Assembly (NCBI RefSeq): GCF_963921235.1 | Contig: NC_086108.1 | Coordinates: forward strand, 17,794,001-17,858,000 | Reading direction: 5' to 3' | From: Mobula hypostoma | Lineage: Eukaryota | Length of the DNA: 64,000 nucleotides | Shown here: positions 52,601-64,000 of the stretch, one piece after another | Layout of the letters: each line of letters starts with the position of its first letter | How positions within the stretch are numbered: the first letter of the stretch is position 1 | Translations under genes and position numbers: made by a program | The notes under the pieces: model-generated | Told to the model about the DNA's origin: nothing | Seen by the model: only the letters and a program-made list of their open reading frames with translations | The model's database searches: none

Positions 52601-55600
52601 TCAATTTTACACCAAAGTACTTACAGCAAACCTAATGGAAACACCTTAGGTTAACTTCCCACATGATTCTGAGATGTCTGAAAGCTGGTTCATGCCAGTG
52701 CAGTGTATGACAAAAAAGTTGTTTACTCACTGCATACAAAACTTTGACAATACAACTAGTATACATTTCAATTTTACACCAAAGTACTTACAGCAAACCT
52801 AATGGAAACACCTTAGGTTAACTTCCCACATGATTCTGAGATGTCTGAAAGTTGTTTCATGCCACTGCAGTGTAAGACAAAAAAGTTGTTTTCTCAGTGC
52901 ATACAAAGCTTTGACAATACAAATAGTATACATTTCAATTTTACACCAAAGTACTTACAGCAAACCTAATGGAAACACCTTAGGTTAACTTCCCACATGA
53001 TTCTGAGATGTCTGAAAGTTGTTTCATGCCACTGCAGTGTAAGACAAAAAAAGTTGTTTTCTCAGTGCATACAATGCTTTGACAATACAAATAGTATATA
53101 TTTCAATTTTACACCAAAGTACTTACTGCAAACCTAATGGAAACACCTTAGGTTAACTTCCCACATGATTCTGAGATGTCTGAAAGTTGTTTCATGCCAC
53201 TGCAGTGTAAGACAAAAAAGTTGTTTTCTCAGTGCATACAAAGCTTTGACAATACAAGTAGTATACATTTCAATTTTACACCAAAGTACTTACAGCAAAC
53301 CTAATGGAAACACCTTAGGTTAACTTCCCACATGATTCTGAGATGTCTGAAAGTTGTTTCATGCCACTGCAGTGTAAGACAAAAAAGTTGTTTTCTCAGT
53401 GCATACAAAGCTTTGACAATACAAATAGTATACATTTCAATTTTACAGCAAAGTACTTACAGCAAACCTAATGGAAACACCTTAGGTTAACTTCCCACAT
53501 GATTCTGAGATGTCTGAAAGTTGTTTCATGCCACTGCAGTGTAAGACAAAAAAGTTGTTTTCTCAGTGCATACAAAGCTTTGACAATACAAATAGTATAC
53601 ATTTCAATTTTACACCAAAGTACTTACAGCAAACCTAATGGAAACACCTTAGGTTAACTTCCCACATGATTCTGAGATGTCTGAAAGTTGTTTCATGCCA
53701 CTGCAGTGTAAGACAAAAAAGTTGTTTTCTCAGTGCATACAAAGCTTTGACAATACAAATAGTATACATTTCAATTTTACACCAAAGTACTTACAGCAAA
53801 CCTAATGGAAACACCTTAGGTTAACTTCCCACATGATTCTGAGATGTCTGAAAGTTGTTTCATGCCACTGCAGTGTAAGACAAAAAAGTTGTTTTCTCAG
53901 TGCATACAAAGCTTTGACAATACAAATAGTATACATTTCAATTTTACACCAAAGTACTTACAGCAAACCTAATGGAAACACCTTAGGTTAACTTCCCACA
54001 TGATTCTGAGATGTCTGAAAGTTGTTTCATGCCACTGCAGTGTAAGACAAAAAAGTTGTTTTCTCAGTGCATACAAAGCTTTGACAATACAAATAGTATA
54101 CATTTCAATTTTACACCAAAGTACTTACAGCAAACCTAATGGAAACACCTTAGGTTAACTTCCCACATGATTCTGAGATGTCTGAAAGTTGTTTCATGCC
54201 ACTGCAGTGTAAGACAAAAAAGTTGTTTTCTCAGTGCATACAAAGCTTTGACAATACAAATAGTATACATTTCAATTTTACACCAAAGTACTTACAGCAA
54301 ACCTAATGGAAACACCTTAGGTTAACTTCCCACATGATTCTGAGATGTCTGAAAGTTGTTTCATGCCACTGCAGTGTAAGACAAAAAAGTTGTTTTCTCA
54401 GTGCATACAATGCTTTGACAATACAAATAGTATACATTTCAATTTTACACCAAAGTACTTACAGCAAACCTAATGGAAACACCTTAGGTTAACTTCCCAC
54501 ATGATTCTGAGATGTCTGAAAGTTGTTTCATGCCACTGCAGTGTAAGACAAAAAAGTTGTTTTCTCAGTGCATACAAAGCTTTGACAATACAAATAGTAT
54601 ACATTTCAATTTTACACCAAAGTACTTACAGCAAACCTAATGGAAACACCTTAGGTTAACTTCCCACATGATTCTGAGATGTCTGAAAGTTGTTTCATGC
54701 CACTGCAGTGTAAGACAAAAAAGTTGTTTTCTCAGTGCATACAATGCTTTGACAATACAAATAGTATACATTTCAATTTTACACCAAAGTACTTACTGCA
54801 AACCTAATGGAAACACCTTAGGTTAACTTCCCACATGATTCTGAGATGTCTGAAAGTTGTTTCATGCCACTGCAGTGTAAGACAAAAAAGTTGTTTTCTC
54901 AGTGCATACAATGCTTTGACAATACAAATAGTATACATTTCAATTTTACACCAAAGTACTTACAGCAAACCTAATGGAAACACCTTAGGTTAACTTCCCA
55001 CATGATTCTGAGATGTCTGAAAGTTGTTTCATGCCACTGCAGTGTAAGACAAAAAAGTTGTTTTCTCAGTGCATACAAAGCTTTGACAATACAAATAGTA
55101 TACATTTCAATTTTACACCAAAGTACTTACAGCAAACCTAATGGAAACACCTTAGGTTAACTTCCCACATGATTCTGAGATGTCTGAAAGTTGTTTCATG
55201 CCACTGCAGTGTAAGACAAAAAAGTTGTTTTCTCAGTGCATACAATGCTTTGACAATACAACTAGTATACATATCAATTTTACACCAAAGAACTTACAGC
55301 AAACCTAATGGAAACACCTTAGGTTAACTTCCCACATGATTCTGAGATGTCTGAAAGTTGTTTCATGACACTGCAGTGTAAGACAAAAAAGTTGTTTTCT
55401 CAGTGCATACAATGCTTTGACAATACAAATAGTATACATTTCAATTTTACCCCAAAGTACTTACAGCAAACCTAATGGAAACACCTTAGGTTAACTTCCC
55501 ACATGATTCTGAGATGTCTGAAAGTTGTTTCATGATTGTGCAGTGTAAGACAAAAATGTTGTTTTCTCACTGCATACAATGCTTTGAAAATACAACTAGT

Positions 55601-58600
55601 ATACATTTCAATTTTACACCAAAGTACTTACAGCAAACCTAATGGAAACACCTTAGGTTAACTTCCCACATGATTCTGAGATGTCTGAAAGTTGTTTCAT
55701 GCCACTGCAGTGTAAGACAAAAAAGTTGTTTTCTCAGTGCATACAATGCTTTGACAATACAAATAGTATACATTTCAATTTTACACCAAAGTACTTACAG
55801 CAAACCTAATGGAAACACCTTAGGTTAACTTCCCACATGATTCTGAGATGTCTGAAAGTTGTCTCATGGCAGTGCAGTGTAAGACAAAAAAAGTTTGTTT
55901 TCTCAGTGCATACAATGCTTTGACAATACAAATACTAGGCATTTCAATTTTACCCCAAAGTACTTACAGCAAACCTAATGGAAACACCTTAGATTAACTT
56001 CCCACATGATTCTGAGATGTCTGAAAGTTGTTTCATGCCACTGCAGTGTAAGACAAAAAAGTTGTTTTCTCAGTGCATACAATGCTTTGACAATACAAAT
56101 AGTATACATTTCAATTTTACACCAAAGTACTTACAGCAAACCTAATGGAAACACCTTAGGTTAACTTCCCACATGATTCTGAGATGTCTAAAGTTGTTTC
56201 ATGCCACTGCAGTGTAAGACAAAAAAGTTGTTTTCTCAGTGCATACAATGCTTTGACAATACAAATAGTATACATTTCAATTTTACACCAAAGTACTTAC
56301 AGCAAACCTAATGGAAACACCTTAGGTTAACTTCCCACATGATTCTGAGATGTCTGAAAGTTGTTTCATGCCACTGCAGTGTAAGACAAAAAAGTTGTTT
56401 TCTCAGTGCATACAATGCTTTGACAATACAAATAGTATACATTTCAATTTTACACCAAAGTACTTACAGCAAACCTAATGGAAACACCTTAGGTTAACTT
56501 CCCACATGATTCTGAGATGTCTGAAAGTTGTTTCATGCCACTGCAGTGTAAGACAAAAAAGTTGTTTTCTCAGTGCATACAATGCTTTGACAATACAAAT
56601 AGTATACATTTCAATTTTACCCCAAAGTACTTAAAGCAAACCTAATGGAAACACCTTAGGTTAACTTCCCACATGATTCTGAGATGTCTGAAAGTTGTTT
56701 CATGCCACTGCAGTGTAAGACAAAAAAGTTGTTTTCTCAGTGCATACAAAGCTTTGACAATACAAATAGTATACATTTCAATTTTACACCAAAGTACTTA
56801 CAGCAAACCTAATGGAAACACCTTAGGTTAACTTCCCACATGATTCTGAGATGTCTGAAAGTTGTTTCATGCCACTGCAGTGTAAGACAAAAAAGTTGTT
56901 TTCTCAGTGCATACAATGCTTTGACAATACAATAGTATACATTTCAATTTTACACCAAAGTACTTACAGCAAACCTAATGGAAACACCTTAGGTTAACTT
57001 CCCACATGATTCTGAGATGTCTGAAAGTTGTTTCATGCCACTGCAGTGTAAGACAAAAAAGTTGTTTTCTCAGTGCATACAAAGCTTTGACAATACAAAT
57101 AGTATACATTTCAATTTTGCCCCAAAGTACTTACAGTAAACCTAATGGAAACAACTTAGATTAACTTCCAACATGATTCTGAGATGTCTGAAAGTTGTTT
57201 CATGCCACTGCAGTGTAAGACAAAAAAGTTGTTTTCTCAGTGCATACAATGCTTTGACAATACAAATAGTATACATTTCAATTTTACACCAAAGTACTTA
57301 CAGCAAACCTAATGGAAACACCTTAGGTTAACTTCCCACATGATTCTGAGATGTCTGAAAGTTGTTTCATGCCACTGCAGGGTAAGACAAAAAAGTTGTT
57401 TTTTTCAGTGCATACAATGCTTTGACAATACAAATAGTATACATTTCAATTTTACCCCAAAGTACTTACAGCAAACCTAATGGAAACACCTTAGGTTAAC
57501 TTCCCACATGATTCTGAGATGTCTGAAAGTTGTTTCATGCCACTGCAGTGTAAGACAAAAAAGTTGTTTTCTCAGTGCATACAATGCTTTGACAATACAA
57601 ATAGTATACATTTCAATTTTACCCCAAAGTACTTACTGCAAACCTAATGGAAACACCTTAGGTTAACTTCCCACATGATTCTGAGATGTCTGAAAGTTGT
57701 TTCATGCCACTGCAGTGTAAGACAAAAAAGTTGTTTTCTCAGTGCATAGAAAGCTTTGACAATACAAATAGTATACATTTCAATTTTACAGCAAAGTACT
57801 TACAGCAAACCTAATGGAAACACCTTAGGTTAACTTCCCACATGATTCTGAGATGTCTGAAAGTTGTTTCATGCCACTGCAGTGTAAGACAAAAAAAGTT
57901 GTTTTTCTCAGTGCATACAATGCTTTAACAATACAAATAGTATATATTTCAATTTTGCCCCAAAGTACTTACTGCAAACCTAATGGAAACATCTTAGGTT
58001 AACTTCCCACATGCTTCTGAGATGTCTGAAAGTTGTTTCATGCCACTGCAGTGTAAGACAAAAAAGTTGTTTTCTCAGTGCATACAATGCTTTGACAATA
58101 CAATAGTATACATTTCAATTTTACACCAAAGTACTTACAGCAAACCTAATGGAAACACCTTAGGTTAACTTCCCACATGATTCTGAGATGTCTGAAAGTT
58201 GTTTCATGCCACTGCAGTGTAAGACAAAAAAGTTGTTTTCTCAGTGCATACAATGCTTTGACAATACAAATAGTATACATTTCAATTTTACACCAAAGTA
58301 CTTACAGCAAACCTAATGGAAACACCTTAGGTTAACTTCCCACATGATTCTGAGATGTCTGAAAGTTGTTTCATGCCACTGCAGTGTAAGACAAAAAAGT
58401 TGTTTTCTCAGTGCATACAATGCTTTGACAATACAAATAGTATACATTTCAATTTTACCCCAAAGTACTTACAGTAAACCTAATGGAAACACCTTAGGTT
58501 AACTTCCCACATGATTCTGAGATGTCTGAAAGTTGTTTCATGCCACTGCAGTGTAAGACAAAAAAGTTGTTTTCTCAGTGCATACAAAGCTTTGACAATA

Positions 58601-61600
58601 CAAATAGTATACATTTCAATTTTACACCAAAGTACTTACAGCAAACCTAATGGAAACACCTTAGGTTAACTTCCCACATGATTCTGAGATGTCTGAAAGT
58701 TGTTTCATGCCACTGCAGTGTAAGACAAAAAAGTTGTTTTCTCAGTGCATACAATGCTTTGACAATACAAATAGTATACATTTCAATTTTACACCAAAGT
58801 ACTTACAGCAAACCTAATGGAAACACCTTAGGTTAACTTCCCACATGATTCTGAGATGTCTGAAAGTTGTTTCATGCCACTGCAGTGTAAGACAAAAAAG
58901 TTGTTTTCTCAGTGCATACAATGCTTTGACAATACAAATAGTATATATTTCAATTTTACCCCAAAGTACTTACAGCAAACCTAATGGAAACACCTTAGAT
59001 TAACTTCCCACATGATTCTGAGATGTCTGAAAGTTGTTTCATGCCACTGCAGTGTAAGACAAAAAAGTTGTTTTCTCAGTGCATACAATGCTTTGACAAT
59101 ACAAATAGTATACATTTCAATTTTACACCAAAGTACTTACAGCAAACCTAATGGAAACACCTTAGGTTAACTTCCCACATGATTCTGAGATGTCTGAAAG
59201 TTGTTTCATGCCACTGCAGTGTAAGACAAAAAAGTTGTTTTCTCAGTGCATACAAAACTTTGACAATACAACTAGTATACATTTCAATTTTACACCAAAG
59301 TACTTACAGCAAACCTAATGGAAACACCTTAGGTTAACTTCCCACATGATTCTGAGATGTCTGAAAGTTGTTTCATGCCACTGCAGTGTAAGACAAAAAA
59401 GTTGTTTTCTCAGTGCATACAATGCTTTGACAATACAAATAGTATACATTTCAATTTTACACCAAAGTACTTACTGCAAACCTAATGGAAACACCTTAGG
59501 TTAACTTCCCACATGATTCTGAGATGTCTGAAAGTTGTTTCATGCCACTGCAGTGTAAGACAAAAAAGTTGTTTTCTCAGTGCATACAATGCTTTGACAA
59601 TACAAATAGTATACATTTCAATTTTACACCAAAGTACTTACAGCAAACCTAATGGAAACACCTTAGGTTAACTTCCCACATGATTCTGAGATGTCTGAAA
59701 GTTGTTTCATGGCAGTGCAGTGTAAGACAAAAAAGTTTGTTTTCTCAGTGCATACAATGCTTTGACAATACAAATACTATGCATTTCAATTTTACCCAAA
59801 GTAGTTAAAGCAAACCTAATGGAAAAACCTTAGATTAACTTCCCACATGATTCTGAGATGTCTGAAAGTTGTTTCATGCCAGTGCAGTGTAAGACAAAAA
59901 AGTTGTTTTCTCTGTGCATACAATGCTTTGACAATACAACTAGTGTGCATTTCAATTTTACACCAAAGTACTTACTACAAACCTAATGGAAACACCTTAG
60001 GTTAACTTCCCACATGGTTCTGAGATGACTGAAAGCTGGTTCATGCCACTGCAGTGTAAGACAAAAAAGTTGTTTTCTCAGTGCATACAAAACTTTGACA
60101 ATACAACTAGTATACATTTCAATTTTACACCAAAGTACTTACAGCAAACCTAATGGAAACACCTTAGGTTAACTTCCCACATGATTCTGAGATGTCTGAA
60201 AGTTGTTTCATGCCACTGCAGTGTAAGACAAAAAAGTTGTTTTCTCAGTGCATACAATGCTTTGACAATACAAATAGTATACATTTCAATTTTACACCAA
60301 AGTACTTACAGCAAACCTAATGGAAACACCTTAGGTTAACTTCCCACATGATTCTGAGATGTCTGAAAGTTGTTTCATGCCACTGCAGTGTAAGACAAAA
60401 AAGTTGTTTTCTCAGTGCATACAATGCTTTGACAATACAAATAGTATACATTTCAATTTTACACCAAAGTACTTACAGCAAACCTAATGGAAACACCTTA
60501 GGTTAACTTCCCACATGATTCTGAGATGTCTGAAAGTTGTTTCATGCCACTGCAGTGTAAGACAAAAAAGTTGTTTTCTCAGTGCATACAATGCTTTGAC
60601 AATACAAATAGTATACATTTCAATTTTACACCAAAGTACTTACAGCAAACCTAATGGAAACACCTTAGGTTAACTTCCCACATGATTCTGAGATGTCTGA
60701 AAGTTGTTTCATGCCACTGCAGTGTAAGACAAAAAAGTTGTTTTCTCAGTGCATACAATGCTTTGACAATACAAATAGTATACATTTCAATTTTACACCA
60801 AAGTACTTACAGCAAACCTAATGGAAACACCTTAGGTTAACTTCCCACATGATTCTGAGATGTCTGAAAGTTGTTTCATGCCACTGCAGTGTAAGACAAA
60901 AAAGTTGTTTTCTCAGTGCATACAATGCTTTGACAATACAAATAGTATACATTTCAATTTTACACCAAAGTACTTACAGCAAACCTAATGGAAACACCTT
61001 AGGTTAACTTCCCACATGATTCTGAGATGTCTGAAAGTTGTTTCATGCCACTGCAGTGTAAGACAAAAAAGTTGTTTTCTCAGTGCATACAATGCTTTGA
61101 CAATACAAATAGTATACATTTCAATTTTACACCAAAGTACTTACAGCAAACCTAATGGAAACACCTTAGGTTAACTTCCCACATGATTCTGAGATGTCTG
61201 AAAGTTGTTTCATGCCACTGCAGTGTAAGACAAAAAAGTTGTTTTCTCAGTGCATACAATGCTTTGACAATACAATAGTATACATTTCAATTTTACACCA
61301 AAGTACTTACAGCAAACCTAATGGAAACACCTTAGGTTAACTTCCCACATGATTCTGAGATGTCTGAAAGTTGTTTCATGCCACTGCAGTGTAAGACAAA
61401 AAAGTTGTTTTCTCAGTGCATACAATGCTTTGACAATACAAATAGTATACATTTCAATTTTTCCCCAAAGTACTTACAGCAAACCTAATTGAAACATCTT
61501 AGGTTAACTTCCCACATGATTCTGAGATGTCTGAAAGTTGTTTCATGCCACTGCAGTGTAAGACAAAAAAGTTGTTTTCTCAGTGCATACAATGCTTTGA

Positions 61601-64000
61601 CAATACAAATAGTATACATTTCAATTTTACACCAAAGTACTTACAGCAAACCTAATGGAAACACCTTAGGTTAACTTCCCACATGATTCTGAGATGTCTG
61701 AAAGTTGTGTCATGGCAGTGCAGTGTAAGACAAAAAAGTTTGTTTTCTCAGTGCATACAATGCTTTGACAATACAAATACTATGCATTTCAATTTTACCC
61801 CAAAGTACTTACAGCAAACCTAATGGAAACACCTTAGATTAACTTCCCACATGATTCTGAGATGTCTGAAAGTTATTTCATGCCACTGCAGTGTAAGACA
61901 AAAAAGTTGTTTTCTCAGTTCATACAATCTTTTGACAATACTAATAGTATACATTTCAATTTTACAGCGAAATACTTACTGCAAACCTAATGGAAACACC
62001 TTAGGTTAACTTCCCACATGATTCTGAGATGTCTGAAAGTTGTTTCATGCCACTGCAGTGTAAGACAAAAAAGTTGTTTTCTCAGTGCATACAAAGCTTT
62101 GACAATACAAATAGTATACATTTCAATTTTACACCAAAGTACTTACAGCAAACCTAATGGAAACACCTTAGGTTAACTTCCCACATGATTCTGAGATGTC
62201 TGAAAGTTGTTTCATGCCACTGCAGTGTAAGACAAAAAAGTTGTTTTCTCAGTGCATACAATGCTTTGACAATACAAATAGTATACATTTCAATTTTACA
62301 CCAAAGTACTTACTGCAAACCTAATGGAAACACCTTAGGTTAACTTCCCACATGATTCTGAGATGTCTGAAAGTTGTTTCATGCCACTGCAGTGTAAGAC
62401 AAAAAAGTTGTTTTCTCAGTGCATACAATGCTTTGACAATACAAATAGTATACATTTCAATTTTACACCAAAGTACTTACAGCAAACCTAATGGAAACAC
62501 CTTAGGTTAACTTCCCACATGATTCTGAGATGTCTGAAAGTTGTTTCATGCCACTGCAGTGTAAGACAAAAAAGTTGTTTTCTCAGTGCATACAATGCTT
62601 TGACAATACAAATAGTATACATTTCAATTTTACACCAAAGTACTTACTACAAACCTAATGGAAACACCTTAGGTTAACTTCCCACATGATTCTGAGATGT
62701 CTGAAAGTTGTTTCATGCCACTGCAGTGTAAGACAAAAAAGTTGTTTTCTCAGTGCATACAATGCTTTGACAATACAACTAGTATACATATCAATTTTAC
62801 ACCAAAGAACTTACAGCAAACCTAATGGAAACACCTTAGGTTAACTTCCCACATGATTCTGAGATGTCTGAAAGTTGTTTCATGCCACTGCAGTGTAAGA
62901 CAAAAAAGTTGTTTTCTCAGTGCATACAATGCTTTGACAATACAAATAGTATACATTTCAATTTTACCCCAAAGTACTTACAGCAAACCTAATGGAAACA
63001 CCTTAGGTTAACTTCCCACATGATTCTGAGATGTCTGAAAGTTGTTTCATGCCACTGCAGTGTAAGACAAAAAAGTTGTTTTCTCAGTGCATACAATGCT
63101 TTGACAATACAACTAGTATACATTTCAATTTTACACCAAAGTACTTACTGCAAACCTAATGGAAACACCTTAGGTTAACTTCCCACATGATTCTGAGATG
63201 TCTGAAAGTTGTTTCATGCCACTGCAGTGTAAGACAAAAAAGTTGTTTTCTCAGTGCATACAAAACTTTGACAATACAACTAGTATACATTTCAATTTTA
63301 CCCCAAAGTACTTACAGCAAACCTAATGGAAACACCTTAGGTTAACTTCCCACATGATTCTGAGATGTCTGAAAGTTGTTTCATGCCACTGCAGTGTAAG
63401 ACAAAAAAGTTGTTTTCTCAGTGCATACAATGCTTTGAAAATACAACTAGTATACATTTCAATTTTACACCAAAGTATTTACCGCAAATCTGATGGAAAC
63501 ACCTTAGGTTAACTTCCCACATGATTCTGAGATGCCTGAAAGTTGTTTCATGCCACTGCAGTGTAAGACAAAAAAGTTGTTTTCTCAGTGCATACAATGC
63601 TTTGACAATACAAATAGTATACATTTCAATTTTACACCAAAGTACTTAGAGCAAACCTAATGGAAACACCTTAGGTTAACTTCCCACATGATTCTGAGAT
63701 GTCTGAAAGTTGTTTCATGGCAGTGCAGTGTAAGACAAAAAAGTTGTTTTCTCAGTGCATACAATGCTTTGACAATACAAATACTATGCATTTCAATTTT
63801 ACCCCAAAGTAGTTAAAGCAAACCTAATGGAAACACCTTAGGTTAACTTCCCACATGATTCTGAGATGTCTGAAAGTTGTTTCATGCCACTGCAGTGTAA
63901 GACAAAAAAGTTGTTTTCTCAGTGCATACAATGCTTTGACAATACAAATAGTATACATTTCAATTTTACACCAAAGTACTTACGCAAACCTAATGGAAAC
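34648..64000. repeat. Homogeneous 167-bp tandem satellite (about 176 monomers, runs off the window); candidate centromeric array
   Basis: atgccactgcag at 34651, 34818, 34985 (period 167). No transposon interruption; same orientation and shared motifs with the diverged array. Confidence 0.98.

Noticed and set aside
19262..63624. Short ORFs inside the satellite arrays, including the X-filled ORFs at the gap
   Set aside because: Chance open frames in tandem monomers, or artefacts of Ns; no domain-like sequence.
19230..64000. CRISPR-like array
   Set aside because: Whole monomers repeat head to tail with no unique spacers, no cas genes are present, and the context is eukaryotic.
34648..64000. 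CENP-B box, or 5S rDNA/tRNA tandem array
   Set aside because: The consensus has no CpG, which the CENP-B box requires, and no recognisable 5S or tRNA sequence.

Overview
This is vertebrate genomic DNA with no recognisable host gene. The repeat content (HE1-type V-SINE, dense CR1) suggests a cartilaginous fish such as a ray or shark; that is an inference. The window reads as a chromosome-arm-to-satellite transition in three zones. (1) 1-19.2 kb: a nest of decayed retroelements. One long plus-strand L1-clade ORF2 (~2.8-12.8 kb) is split by nested CR1 insertions and a 3-kb composite block; there are also Rex1/Babar-like fragments, SINEs and a truncated Tigger-like DNA transposon. (2) 19,230-34,447: about 80 diverged ~167-bp satellite monomers. 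They carry two copies of one ~790-bp L1 insertion with a CATCTT target-site duplication, plus a remnant of a third copy at the array edge. (3) After a 200-N scaffold gap, 34,648-64,000: about 176 highly homogeneous 167-bp monomers of the same family. The consensus is CpG-free and rich in short palindromes. The layout resembles a pericentromere leading into a centromeric core, but function cannot be shown from sequence. All ORFs in the track are transposon remnants or spurious. Family assignments come from motif recognition, not database searches, and boundaries are approximate unless a junction sequence is quoted.
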